Notes: generated from the sequence alone by a model not told the origin. Counted from the first letter of the stretch, positions 49,107-59,290 are shown. The stretch: DNA of 64,000 bases from Candidatus Latescibacterota bacterium (GCA_965116875.1 OZ220733.1:3040001-3104000), one strand, 5' to 3'. Numbers and translations: made by a program.

Positions 49107-49778
49107 ATGGATTTCGACGAAATCAGACACCGCCTGTCCCTGCTGGATACCGCGTGTGTATGCGATGGATACAAGGCGCTCGACCGGCCCGTGAGGGCCC
49201 TGGACCCTGGCATCCGGCCCATTACGTCCGGGTTAAGGCTGATCGGGCGCGCGCATACGCTGACCTGTCACGAGGACTTTCTGACCGTGATCGTCGCCCT
49301 TCGCGACGCCTTGCCCGGCGAAGTCCTGGTGATTGACTCTCAGGGAAGCCGCAAGGCGCTGACCGGGGAACTGTTTCCAACCGAGGCGCGGCGCAAGGAG
49401 CTGGCCGGAATCGTGAACGACGGGCCATGCAGGGATACGGCCGCGATCCGACGACAACAGCTTCCCTATTATGCCCGTTCGGTCAACCCGGTTGCCGGCG
49501 CGACGGAAAGGCTCTTCGAGACACAGGTCCCTGTGACATGCGGCGGCGTGCGCATTCATCCGGGCGAGATCGTCTTCGGAGACGACGACGGCCTGATCGT
49601 GGCTGCTGAGGATGAGATCGCGGAGGTGATTCCCGTTGCGGAAGAGGTCCGGAGGAAGGAAGCGCGTCTGCTTGCGGAGATGGGGAGAGGCCGGAGTCTC
49701 ATCGAAATGCTGAATCTCGAGGATCACTGCACGAAAATTCGCGCCGGCCAGGAGAGTAAATTGCAGTTTCTGGTATAA
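49107..49778 (+). CDS. RraA/HMG aldolase family protein
   Basis: GRAHT, PGEVLVID, ALTGEL, DGPCRD, FGDDDG. Confidence 0.9.
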   Translation: MDFDEIRHRLSLLDTACVCDGYKALDRPVRALDPGIRPITSGLRLIGRAHTLTCHEDFLTVIVALRDALPGEVLVIDSQGSRKALTGELFPTEARRKELAGIVNDGPCRDTAAIRRQQLPYYARSVNPVAGATERLFETQVPVTCGGVRIHPGEIVFGDDDGLIVAAEDEIAEVIPVAEEVRRKEARLLAEMGRGRSLIEMLNLEDHCTKIRAGQESKLQFLV

Positions 49779-49796
49779 ACGGAAGATGTGTCAGTA

Positions 49797-49833
49797 AAAC
49801 GGGGCGGACGACGTTGTGTCATCCGCCCCGTTT
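49797..49833. terminator. putative bidirectional terminator between convergent genes
   Basis: AAACGGGGCGGA/TCCGCCCCGTTT stem. Confidence 0.65.
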
Positions 49834-49850
49834 CGTTTATCGAAAACTGT

Positions 49851-50384
49851 CTACTCTGTCGGCAGAATGTCCGAGAACTGGTACTCTTCGACGATTTCGC
49901 CGATGGAGGCTTCAAAGTCGTCTTCGCCCCATTGCTCGATCGTCAGCGTCTTCCGTTCGGAGTCGTCCAGGTACTCCCAGGTAATCAGTTCCCGCGGGGG
50001 TCCCTCGCCGTTCTTATAGAATTCACCCGCATCGGAAGATTCCGCATAATAGGTCACGCCGTCGAAGGTCAACTCTTCGGGCGGGTCTTCGTTTTCCACG
50101 ATGTGCGATCTCAGGTCGCCGTCGATCCGGGACACGGGGACCTTGCGCGAAAGGCTCCAGCAGAGACCGTCGTCCTCCTCGCGGTCCAGGTACATCACTT
50201 CATCGGCGCAGGTCAATTCCCATTCGTCCACGCGGTCCCCATCGAAATCGTAATGGTTCTGTGCCGTGACCTTCCAGGTCTTCAGGTCATAGTCAACCAC
50301 GTACCCGGGCTTGATGTCGGAAAGCGTGAAGTCGACCACGGGGTCGACTTCATCGGTCTTTTTCCTGAATGGATTCCAGTTCAT
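49851..50384 (-). CDS. DUF4178 domain protein
   Basis: Acidic; GYVVDYDLKTWKV, PPEELTFDGVTY, WEY...LTIEQW; downstream of pspA. Confidence 0.82.
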   Translation of the reverse strand: MNWNPFRKKTDEVDPVVDFTLSDIKPGYVVDYDLKTWKVTAQNHYDFDGDRVDEWELTCADEVMYLDREEDDGLCWSLSRKVPVSRIDGDLRSHIVENEDPPEELTFDGVTYYAESSDAGEFYKNGEGPPRELITWEYLDDSERKTLTIEQWGEDDFEASIGEIVEEYQFSDILPTE

Positions 50385-50438
50385 TGGATCGCCCCCGCGG
50401 CGCCGTGATCCTTTTTCCCGGACCGCGGCGCGCCGGTT

Positions 50439-51140
50439 CTACGCCTGGATTCCCATCTTGCTCTTGAGTTCGGCCAGCTTGTCCGCGCCCGGACTCTTTT
50501 CCTGAAGCGCGGTGTCGATCTCCTCGTCCACGCTCTTGGAAGCGTCTGCCACCTCGCCGTAGGCCTCGGAGAGGGACTCGTCCTCTTCCACCCGCTCCTT
50601 CATACGTTCGAGCATGGCAAGCGTTCCGTTGGAATCCACTTTCGCCAATTGTTTGTTGATTTTCTTTGTCGCAGCGGCTGTACGGGCGCGGGCGCGCAGC
50701 GTCACGAGGTCGTTTTCATAACCGGCGATGGAGGACTTGAGCTTGTCCACCTGGGTCTGCAGTTGCGCGGCCATCTCCTCCTGCTTGCGGGCGTTCTCGC
50801 TGAGGGTGGCGGCCCGGTTTACATTCTCTTCCTTGCGAGCAAGCGCTTCGCCGGCCAGTCGGTCGGCTTCGGCCGTATCGATCTGGTCTTTCTGGGCCCT
50901 CTGAAGCAGCGCCATGGCTTTGCGTTCGTAGTCCTCCGCGGCCTTCTTGCTGTCCGATGCCTGTTTTCGCAGGCGGATGCCCTGCCCCTTGACTTCGGCC
51001 AGGCTGGTCATCGCATTGCTGAGGTCTTTCTTGAGATCCCGGATGCCCTGTTCCGTGAGGCGAATCGGATCTTCGAGTTTGTCGATGGCCGCGTGAACTT
51101 CGGCTTGACCGACGCGAAAGATGCGTTGAAAAATTCCCAT
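50439..51140 (-). CDS. pspA: PspA/IM30 family protein
   Basis: MGIFQRIF amphipathic start, LEDPIRLTEQGIRDL, coiled coil, LAELKSKM. Confidence 0.93.
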   Translation of the reverse strand: MGIFQRIFRVGQAEVHAAIDKLEDPIRLTEQGIRDLKKDLSNAMTSLAEVKGQGIRLRKQASDSKKAAEDYERKAMALLQRAQKDQIDTAEADRLAGEALARKEENVNRAATLSENARKQEEMAAQLQTQVDKLKSSIAGYENDLVTLRARARTAAATKKINKQLAKVDSNGTLAMLERMKERVEEDESLSEAYGEVADASKSVDEEIDTALQEKSPGADKLAELKSKMGIQA

Positions 51141-51225
51141 GGTGCGCTCCTCTCTGATGCGGGATTCGAAGGCCGGAGGTCGGAGACCGTAACGGACCGC
51201 GTCTCCCCGGGTCTGATCCCTGTTC

Positions 51226-51624
51226 TCACGATTGTCTGCTGTAACTCAAGAGCTCTTCGGCGTTTTCGCCCAGCGCCAGGCCGAGGGCGTTGACGGTGCC
51301 TTCGATTTCCGCCCTGTCCAGCGTATCCAGGAGAAGCGTATCGCGAAACAGGACGGTTCCGGTTTCCTCGTCAATTGCGAATGCGCCGTGGATGAGCGTC
51401 CGGTTCAACTCCAGCAGGCGCTTGTAGAGGTCGCCCGGGTTTTTGGGGATCGGCATGATGGCCTGTTCCAGGATGAGAATGGGATCTTCACAATCGACGA
51501 TAAGACGGTGGATCCCCCGGTCTTCGTCGGTGACGACCACCAGTTCCTCTCCTGAATCCTCTTCTTCAATGACCAGCTCCAGGTCCTGAAGAAAGGCCTT
51601 TACGGTTTCAAAGTGCCGCGACAT
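51226..51624 (-). CDS. YbjN/CesT-like chaperone-fold protein
   Basis: LIVDCEDPILILE, LLELNRTLIHGAFAID, FRDTL; AAGGAG RBS. Confidence 0.82.
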   Translation of the reverse strand: MSRHFETVKAFLQDLELVIEEEDSGEELVVVTDEDRGIHRLIVDCEDPILILEQAIMPIPKNPGDLYKRLLELNRTLIHGAFAIDEETGTVLFRDTLLLDTLDRAEIEGTVNALGLALGENAEELLSYSRQS

Positions 51625-51721
51625 GAAGACTCCTTTTGAAATTGCGATGACAGGTTCTGTCCGCACGTTGGTGATTATTTGATTCTCAAGGGGGCGTTTG
51701 GTTTCAAAAAACGTCGCTGTT

Positions 51722-52093
51722 TCATAGCCCAAGCAACTTTCCAACCCGTACGGCGAGGGATATGGGAGTCGCGGGTTTTTCCATGACGTGGCCGCGTGAG
51801 ATTCCCAGAGCGGCGAGTTCCTCCAGACGTTCGGGAGCCGGGTTTTCGACGAGCACCAGCAATGGAAGGCGGGCGAGCATTTTTCGAATGAAACGAATGC
51901 AATCCGGCCCGCTGATTTCCGGCAAATCGTATGCGAGAATGACGAGGGCGTACGCCCTGGGATTTGCCGCGAGCGTCTCCAGGGCGCTGCGCCCGTCGGT
52001 AACCACGTCCAGTTCGACGTTCTGGTGATCGAACAACCCACCGGCAAGGCTCATGGCCGTTGGACCGTCTTCCGCGAGGAGAATTCTGGGCAA
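51722..52093 (-). CDS. stand-alone atypical receiver domain (start uncertain)
   Basis: RILLAED, DGRSAL, LVILAYDLPEISG, EKP; canonical phospho-Asp position is Ala. Confidence 0.7.
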   Translation of the reverse strand: MPRILLAEDGPTAMSLAGGLFDHQNVELDVVTDGRSALETLAANPRAYALVILAYDLPEISGPDCIRFIRKMLARLPLLVLVENPAPERLEELAALGISRGHVMEKPATPISLAVRVGKLLGL

Positions 52094-52250
52094 ACCGGGA
52101 ACCGTTTCGATTTCACGTTGACTCAAGGTCGGTAATCCGAATGTCAAATATACCGAATTCGCCCGACGCGCCAAGAATTATATTTTCCTGAAAGGCATTT
52201 TCAACCGCACGGACCCCGATTCTATAGGGGCAACCGGCCGGTCGCCAAAA

Positions 52251-52390
52251 GACGGGGAGAGGGTAGACGGAAGACGGTAGAGGAAGTCCTTGCCCGCTAT
52301 TTTAACCGTTCTTGCCTCCGGCACAAAAAGGAGCCTCACAAGGCAGGCAATCTCTCCCGTCTAACGTCTCCCGTGACTCACCTCTTCTAC
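52251..52390 (+). repeat. ~125-bp dispersed structured repeat, copy 5
   Basis: GGTAGAGGAAGTCCTTGCCCG...CTTGCCTCCGGCA...CTCACAAGGCAGGCAATCTCT. Confidence 0.85.
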
Positions 52391-52559
52391 GGGGCCGGGG
52401 GGAGAGGTCTGCGGGGCTGGACCTACCCCCTAACCCCCTTCCTGAGAGGAAGGGGGAATGTTGATGGGTGGTTGTACAGGTTTTGTGATGTGCCGGATGG
52501 CGATTTCCTTTCAACCACCGTGTCTGCCAATGACCGGCACGCGAAGCCTGTTCTTGCGC

Positions 52560-52824
52560 CCTCTCTCCCGGTGGGAGAGAGGGCCGGGGAGAGAGGTCTG
52601 CGGGGCTGGGTGGGGGTTTTGAATTTGGTCTTGCCTTTTGGCTATTGGTTTTGGCTGATTGCTGACCGCTGACGGCTGATAGCTCCGTTTGAGAGGTCTC
52701 ACGTCGCGGCACGGATATTGCATCTAGAAATCGCGAGGCCGCAGGTTTTCTGGTTTTAGCTTTTCGTTCTTAGCTGATGGCTGATAGCCGATGCCTGATA
52801 GCCGATGGCTGATAGCTGATAGCC
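52560..52824 (+). repeat. CCCTCT/GAGAGGG hairpin repeat and GCTGAnn heptamer tracts
   Basis: Similar to 48963-49078; further GCTGATG/GCTGATA/GCCGATG units at 52771-52824. Confidence 0.7.
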
Positions 52825-52833
52825 ACATGCCTT

Positions 52834-52862
52834 TTGCCCGTCGCGAAAACTCATGATATATT
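52834..52862 (+). promoter_or_regulatory. putative recJ promoter
   Basis: TTGCCC-17 bp-TATATT with TGn extension. Confidence 0.5.
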
Positions 52863-52910
52863 ATTCAACGCTCCCCTGCGGAGACCCATCCATTCACCTT
52901 TGAGGTTCCA

Positions 52911-54650
52911 ATGCAGAAATACCCGGTCTGGACGCTCAGGCACAAGAGGGACTCAGATTCCGGCGCGGACGGTTCGCCCGAACCGCTCATTGACGTGGTG
53001 CTGGCGAATCGGGGCCTGACGGCCGAGGACATCGAGGATTCACCCGAAGTTCTCGAGGATCCGTTTTCGATGAAGGACATGGACCTGCTTACCGAGCGAA
53101 TCGTTCGAGCGGTCCGCTCCGGCGAGCGCATCGTCGTTTTCGGCGACTATGACGTGGACGGCGTGACGAGTACGGCCGTTTTTATGGACTTTCTCGGCAG
53201 GGTGGGAGCGGACGCGGTGTCCATCCTGCCGGACCGCTACCGGGACGGATACGGCATGAAACCCGCCGGCGTTCAGCAGGCGGTCGACGTGGGCGCGCGC
53301 GTTATCGTGACGGCCGACAACGGTATCTCCTCGTTCAATGCGGTTGAGGCGGCGAATGCCGAGGGAATTGACGTTCTGGTGACCGATCATCACGAGCCTC
53401 ACGGCCGGCTGCCCGACGCCTTCGCGGTGGTCAATCCCAACCGCCCGGATTGCGGGTACGGATTCAAGGGGCTTGCGGCTGTGGGCGTGGCCTTCAAAGC
53501 CGTGCAGGCCCTTTCGGACTCGCTGATCGATGGTTCGGAGCGCAGGGCGTATCTCAATTCGCTGCTGGACCTGGTCGCAATGGGAACGGTGGCGGATATC
53601 GCGCCGATGTTGGGCGAGAACCGTCTGCTCACACGCAGGGGAATGCAGATTCTGGACCGGACGCAGCGTCCGGGACTTCAGGCCCTGAAAGCCGTCGCCG
53701 GCGCCGATTCACGTCCGGTGGATACGACGACGATCGGATTCTTCCTCGGGCCTCGCATCAACAGCGCCGGGCGGCTGGCCTCCGCGGACCTGGCGCTGGA
53801 CCTGCTGCGCTCCGCGGAGACCGGCGAAGCGGCCCATCTGGCGGAACAATTGAATGCGCTCAACCGGAAGCGGCGGGAATTCGAACTCGCCGGCGTCGAA
53901 CAGGCCGGGGAACAGGTGGAAACCATGGCGCTGGACAAGCAACGGATTCTCGTCACCAGGGGCGAGAGCTGGCACTTGGGCGTGGTGGGGTTGATTGCCG
54001 GCCGCCTGGCGGAGCGGTATGCCAAGCCGGCCATCGCCTGTAGCGAGGTCCGCGGGGATGGAAGTTTTACGGGATCGGCGCGTTCGGGAGCGGGCTACAA
54101 CATGGCGGAAGCGATTTTTCGCTGTGCGGATCTGCTGACCGAGTACGGCGGACACGCGGACGCTGGCGGCTTTACGGGCCCGCTCGAGAACTTCGAAGCG
54201 TTTAAATCCCGGATGGAGGCGGATGCGGCGGAGCGGATTTCGGAGGAAGACTTGAGAACCAGGCTGGAGCTGGATGCGGCGCTACTGCCCGGGGAGATCT
54301 CACTGGAAACGGTCTCGGCGTTGTCGGCCCTGGCGCCGTTCGGTTCGGGAAACGAACCTCCGCTATTTATGGTGCAGGATTGCACGGTTGAGCGGGCAAT
54401 TGCAGTGGGAAAAGGGGCGCACCTCAAGATGAATCTGGACACGGCGTCTTCCGCCGGCCGGGCGGACGGCTCGACGCCGCGGAGTCGACGGATATGTGAC
54501 GCCGTCTGGTGGGGGCAGGGCGAACTGGCCGGTCGACTTCGCCGGGGGGATCCCGTGGACGTGGCATGCGCGCTGGAAGCCAACACGTGGAACGGCCGGA
54601 CTCAGGTGCAACTCGTTCTGAAAGATATGCGTCCGGCGCAGGGACAATAG
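52911..54650 (+). CDS. recJ: single-stranded-DNA-specific exonuclease RecJ
   Basis: GDYDVDG, TADNG, TDHH, GTVAD, PRINSAGRL, GGHADAGG, PFGSGN. Confidence 0.97.
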   Translation: MQKYPVWTLRHKRDSDSGADGSPEPLIDVVLANRGLTAEDIEDSPEVLEDPFSMKDMDLLTERIVRAVRSGERIVVFGDYDVDGVTSTAVFMDFLGRVGADAVSILPDRYRDGYGMKPAGVQQAVDVGARVIVTADNGISSFNAVEAANAEGIDVLVTDHHEPHGRLPDAFAVVNPNRPDCGYGFKGLAAVGVAFKAVQALSDSLIDGSERRAYLNSLLDLVAMGTVADIAPMLGENRLLTRRGMQILDRTQRPGLQALKAVAGADSRPVDTTTIGFFLGPRINSAGRLASADLALDLLRSAETGEAAHLAEQLNALNRKRREFELAGVEQAGEQVETMALDKQRILVTRGESWHLGVVGLIAGRLAERYAKPAIACSEVRGDGSFTGSARSGAGYNMAEAIFRCADLLTEYGGHADAGGFTGPLENFEAFKSRMEADAAERISEEDLRTRLELDAALLPGEISLETVSALSALAPFGSGNEPPLFMVQDCTVERAIAVGKGAHLKMNLDTASSAGRADGSTPRSRRICDAVWWGQGELAGRLRRGDPVDVACALEANTWNGRTQVQLVLKDMRPAQGQ

Positions 54651-54810
54651 CAGTCCGTTGAGAAAGTCGCTCTGCAGGCGAGGCCGAGCCATTGTGGTCG
54701 AAGACAAGGCGCGCGACCGAGTCCCATCCTTCGATTCGGCGAGGGAGCGCAACGCAGTATTTCGACCGCAAGGGCCGGCCGTAGCCCGGATGGGCTTTTT
54801 CAACGGGCTG
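54648..54810 (+). mobile_element. MITE-like element (CAGTCCGTTGA family)
   Basis: CAGTCCGTTGAGAAAG / CTTTTTCAACGGGCTG ends; CAAGGCG...CAACGCAG core; starts at recJ TAG. Confidence 0.75.
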
Positions 54811-54845
54811 AATAGCGAACGGGTTCAACGCGCTTCCTCACGTCA

Positions 54846-55832
54846 TCATTGGACTTCCACGCGCTTCCCGGTCCGGGCGGATTCGTGGGCGGCCATGGCG
54901 ACGGCGACCACCCGACGCCCGTCTCTGCCGTCCGATCGCGGTGCTTCACCCCGTTGGATGCAACCCGCAAAGTGTGCGATCTCGTCCGCCAGACCGTTGT
55001 TCCGGGGCACCTCGATGGCGGCGGACTTCCCGCCGTGCCGTGCGAGTATAATGGGGCCGGCCGGGACCTCGAGCTTCATAGCGCCTCCCGTCCCGGCAAC
55101 GCCCAGTTCGTAGCTGTTGACCGGGTAGACCCGGCTGCTGCTCAGGGATCCGATGGCGCCCGAGGCGAATTCGATGCCCATGAAGATGCTTTCTTCGATT
55201 TCGTTCGCCGGATCCTCTCCGAATTTCATCACGGCGTTGACGGCGCGGATTTCGCCGGCCAGCCAGGCCAGTTGATCCAGTTCGTGGCTGTACATCGAAA
55301 ACATCCCGCCGTACTGATCCTTCCGCGTTTGCCACCCTCCAACCCCGCCCGGTGCGCCGGTGCCCAGACGCACGGCGTGCGCCAGCGTGATTTCACCAAT
55401 GTCCCCGCGGTCCAAACGACGTTTCAGTTCCCGATAGGCGGCCTGAAAACGGCGAACATAGCCTATCATCAGAAAAACGCCGGATTGTTCCGCGGCGCGG
55501 ATCATCGCATCGCAGTCACCAACGGTCAGCGCCATGGGTTTTTCGCAAAAGACGTGGGCGCCCGATAACGCCGCGTCCGTACTGATGCGGCTGTGCGTGT
55601 GGTTGGGCGTGACCACCAGCACGGCGTCCGGATTCTCGGCAGCCAGCATGGCGCGGTGGTCCGCGTAGGGCTCCGGGCCGGATTCGAGTTGCGCGGCAAG
55701 ACGATCCGCGGATTCCGGGACCGCGTCGCATACGGCGACGAGCCTCACACCCTCCAATGCTTCCACGTTTTTGGCGTGGGCGCGGCCCAGCCCGCCGCAC
55801 CCGGCCAATGCAACTCTCAGCGGTTCTGCCAT
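54846..55832 (-). CDS. Gfo/Idh/MocA family oxidoreductase
   Basis: GCGGLG, HVFCEKPMA, HELD. Confidence 0.93.
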   Translation of the reverse strand: MAEPLRVALAGCGGLGRAHAKNVEALEGVRLVAVCDAVPESADRLAAQLESGPEPYADHRAMLAAENPDAVLVVTPNHTHSRISTDAALSGAHVFCEKPMALTVGDCDAMIRAAEQSGVFLMIGYVRRFQAAYRELKRRLDRGDIGEITLAHAVRLGTGAPGGVGGWQTRKDQYGGMFSMYSHELDQLAWLAGEIRAVNAVMKFGEDPANEIEESIFMGIEFASGAIGSLSSSRVYPVNSYELGVAGTGGAMKLEVPAGPIILARHGGKSAAIEVPRNNGLADEIAHFAGCIQRGEAPRSDGRDGRRVVAVAMAAHESARTGKRVEVQ

Positions 55833-55957
55833 TACGTATACCTGATTTGGTTTTTCCTTTTGCTGACAGCTGACGGTTGATAGTTGATAGCTTCGTCCGA
55901 GGAGGCCCGGGGGTCGAGGTCCTCATCTTCTGATTTTCCGGACAGCCATGAGTTTCT

Positions 55958-56968
55958 TCACAACGAAATCGGCGTGGAACCGTTTTCGGCCGATTCTTCA
56001 GCGGCAAAACACGCGGCGTGGGTGTTAACCGCTACCTCCAGATTGTCGTGCGATTCCACGTCGTCCAGGATGCACTCCACAAGGTGGTCGATCATCTCCT
56101 GGAAGGGATGGTGAGAAACCGCGCCGCTGTCGGGCAGGACCGTGGGAAAGCTGCCAAAAGCGTCCTGGCCGGAAAGCTGGCGGGTGTAGAACCGGTTGTT
56201 CCGCATCACGCCTTCGGTGCCGAAGACCTCGACGTTGAAGACGTAGGGCATGAAGAAAGCCGTGGAGCCCGAGAACTTTCCCGCGGCGCCTCCCGCAAAC
56301 GCCACCGTGGCGACCGTTGTGGACCGGTAGTCGTTCTCGTGTGTGCGATGTCTGGGAGAGACGCCCGTGACGCGGGTGACCTTGTCGTTGTCCAGGATGA
56401 ACCGGGCGGCGTCGAGGGCATGGCAGCCGCCGTGCACAATGGCGCCGTTGACCATCGGGTTCCAGCCGGCGCGGCTGAATTTCCGGGGGCTGGCGTTGGT
56501 GGGGCCGTGCCAATAGTCCGCCTGAACGAGCAGCGGAACGCCGATCCAGCCCTTCTCGATCGCCTGTTTCATGGAAATAATGAGGGGGTTCCATCGAAGA
56601 ACGAAGCCGATCACTGTTTTTACGCCCGCGCTCTTCACGGCCCGGTGCATCTCGTCCAGTTCCTCGTGATTCGTGGCCACCGGTTTCTCGATCAGCAGGT
56701 GTTTGCCTGCGCGGGCGGCGGCGATGGCTTCCCCGGCGTGGCGGTCCGGCGGGGTACAGATGGAAACCACGTCGACTTCCGGATGCTCGAGAAGCCTGTC
56801 GTAGTTGTCGTAGAGGTCGCACTCAACGCCAAGTTCCACCGCTTTTCGCCGGGCGCTCTCGAGCGTGCGGCTTCCGATTGCGACCAATCGGGTGTGGGGG
56901 TTGTTCAGGTACGCCTTGATGTGTTCGGTTGAGACGTTTCCCGCGCCCTGGATCGCAACGCCAAGCAT
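55958..56968 (-). CDS. Gfo/Idh/MocA family oxidoreductase
   Basis: GAGNVS, KHLLIEKP, GCHALD; GGAGGA RBS before MLGVAI. Confidence 0.92.
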   Translation of the reverse strand: MLGVAIQGAGNVSTEHIKAYLNNPHTRLVAIGSRTLESARRKAVELGVECDLYDNYDRLLEHPEVDVVSICTPPDRHAGEAIAAARAGKHLLIEKPVATNHEELDEMHRAVKSAGVKTVIGFVLRWNPLIISMKQAIEKGWIGVPLLVQADYWHGPTNASPRKFSRAGWNPMVNGAIVHGGCHALDAARFILDNDKVTRVTGVSPRHRTHENDYRSTTVATVAFAGGAAGKFSGSTAFFMPYVFNVEVFGTEGVMRNNRFYTRQLSGQDAFGSFPTVLPDSGAVSHHPFQEMIDHLVECILDDVESHDNLEVAVNTHAACFAAEESAENGSTPISL

Positions 56969-57341
56969 TATTTCTTCCTCCGGGTTAACCTGTGTCAGGA
57001 CATTCAAACCGTCCGCTGGCCGTCAGTTTCTCTTGTGCGGCGGTGAGTTCGAGTCAGTCGTCTCTCTTGACGCCGTTCAGGACTGGCTCGAGACGTACCG
57101 GCTTCGGCATTCGGTCCGAAGGAGGGAAAATAAGTGCAAGAGAAAGCGGAGTCAAGATCGATCCCCCTTGTCCCGCGAACCAGTCTCTACACATCCTGCC
57201 GTGTGTTGGACCCGCTCCAGCGACGGTACAGGACAAATCCGAACTCCTGAGCGCCGGTTTCAGGAACCATTGCTATTTCCGGGTGGCCGCTTTATTTTAG
57301 CGCGGTACAGCGTATTCGTCACTTCAAATCCGAGGTAAAGG

Positions 57342-58201
57342 TTGCCGAAACGGATCAACAAGGCCATCGAACTCCTGGAACAGGGACAGCCGATATATTA
57401 TGTCGGCGTCTCCGAGCTTTCGTACGAGACGGGCCGGGACATGGCCGGGACCTGGGCGGACTATATCAACGTCAGCATCGAACACGGTCCGTTCGATATG
57501 CCCGGGCTGGGCGCCTTCATGCGGGGACTGGTCGACGGCGGTCCCACGGCCAGCGGGCATCGGACGCCCGCCGTCATTGTGGATCTGCCGGTGGAGGGCA
57601 CGAGCGAAGCGGCGGTCCGTGCCAATGCATGGATGTTCAAACAGGCGCTGGCGAGGGGCGTGCATGGGATACTCCTGTGCCATGCCGAAAACCCGGAGGG
57701 CGTCCGCGCCTTCGTGGAAAGTTGCAGATATCCGTTCCGAAAGCCGGCCGAGGGGCACGGCGACGGGCGGCGCGGCGCCGGGGGTCAGGGTTGGGCCGCT
57801 CAGATCTGGGGCGTGTCCGCCGCCGAGTATCTGAAGAAGGCCGATCCCTGGCCGTTGAGTCCTGACGGAGAACTGATGCTTGGCGTGAAGATCGAGAACA
57901 GACGCGCGCTGGCCAACGCGGAAGCCACCGCAAAGGTGCAGGGGCTCGCCTTCGGCGAATGGGGACCCGGAGATATGGGAATGTCACTTGGGCACGCCGA
58001 TCGGCACGACCCGCCTATCCTCCTGAGATGGGCGCCGCCCGTGCCCGCGTGATGGCGGCCTGCCTGGACGCCGGACTCTTCTTTCTGAACGGCGCGAACG
58101 TGGAAAACATCACGGAGATGATCGACGAAGGCGTGATGATCTGCTCCGGAGGCGGGGAGGCCGTGGCGCAGGCAGGGCGGGCGTATACCGGAAGAGAATG
58201 A
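57342..58201 (+). pseudogene. HpcH/HpaI aldolase-citrate lyase family gene with 1-nt frameshift near 58015
   Basis: IEHGPFD, GVKIE, WGPGDMGMSLG in 57342 ORF; plausible continuation YPPEMGAARARVMAAC lies in another frame. Confidence 0.75.
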
Positions 58202-58240
58202 ACACAGTCGCCATGAAACGGCAGGAAACAACCTGATCTA

Positions 58241-58480
58241 TTAACAGTCCGTTGGAGAAAGGAGCGTTGAGACGAATGAAACCCGTTGTTCCTGGTGTTC
58301 TGTCCCGGAGATAAGTTGCCTGAATTCGACCGCGGAGTCGCCCGGCTCGCATCCTTCGACAAGCTCAGGAACCACCGCCGGAGCGCAGGCGACCTGCGTA
58401 TGGTCGGCGAGCGAGGGTACTTCGACAGGCTCAGCACAAGCAACGCAGCGAGACGGGATGAATCGGCGGTTGAATGGTGA
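58241..58480 (+). repeat. degenerate CAGTCCGTTG element containing CTTCGACAAGCTCAG-type REPs
   Basis: TTAACAGTCCGTTGGAGAAA start; CTTCGACAAGCTCAG and CTTCGACAGGCTCAG units; GCAACGCAG. Confidence 0.6.
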
Positions 58481-58588
58481 GGAATTTTCGGGACAGGACA
58501 CCAGCGCTTGCCGAAACATCCTGATCGCTGGCGCCAGAACCACAGTCGTCTGAACTGACGGCGAATCGTTGGAAAGGGGAGGGAGAAA

Positions 58589-59290
58589 ATGTCGAGCTCA
58601 CATATCCGTACAGTCATCGAGATCGTCCTGGCGGCGGGCTGCGCGTACCTGGCGTATATCGCGTACATCGCCCCGATCAACGTCACCATCAACTACGACG
58701 CCGAGCAGGCCATTCAAATGCGGATCGAAGACAAAATGGTGGCGCACGACGCCGTCCTGGACTCGATCTGGAGCAGAGACTTCGCCAGGGAAGCGACGCT
58801 GGGATGGTTGACTGGCAAGGACGTCTATCACTACCGCAACAGCGCGATTGCAGGGCGCCTGGCGGAAGCAATGCCGGATGCGCCGCCGGGCGGGAGCGAA
58901 ACCATTGAAGAGCGAAAGACGAGACTTGAAGCCGCGATTTCGGAAAATCCGCTGATCGCGGACCTTCGGGGCCGGGCGCACGGATTGCAGTCTCCGTTTC
59001 AGTATCTTGGCAAACGGGTCCGGGTCGGCGTTCCCAGCGGAAACAAACCTCGAAGCAACGTGGCGTATACGGCCTACGGGAGCGAGTTTGAGGGCAGGGT
59101 CGTTGAAATCTGGAATCCCGTGAACGACAAACGGGTGTCGGTTTTCGCGCAGGGCGCGTTCATGCCCACGGAGACGGTCACCATCGACTTCCAGTTGAAC
59201 CGGCGGCAGGCGGTGGACCTTTTCGATCGCGTCGAAGAGACCGCGGACGCGGTGGCGGTACTTCTTCCGCCATCCACGCCGGCGCCGTAG
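58589..59290 (+). CDS. hypothetical protein with N-terminal membrane anchor
   Basis: GGGAG RBS, one TM helix, 233 aa; no family recognised. Confidence 0.65.
   Translation: MSSSHIRTVIEIVLAAGCAYLAYIAYIAPINVTINYDAEQAIQMRIEDKMVAHDAVLDSIWSRDFAREATLGWLTGKDVYHYRNSAIAGRLAEAMPDAPPGGSETIEERKTRLEAAISENPLIADLRGRAHGLQSPFQYLGKRVRVGVPSGNKPRSNVAYTAYGSEFEGRVVEIWNPVNDKRVSVFAQGAFMPTETVTIDFQLNRRQAVDLFDRVEETADAVAVLLPPSTPAP

Noticed and set aside
51625-52047. Upstream extension of the YbjN ORF (51226-52047)
   Set aside because: Overlaps the receiver gene in another frame; the AAGGAG RBS supports the start at 51624.
56990-57340. Hairpins in the divergent intergenic region as a riboswitch or ncRNA
   Set aside because: Only isolated stems; no recognised consensus and no promoter-terminator frame.
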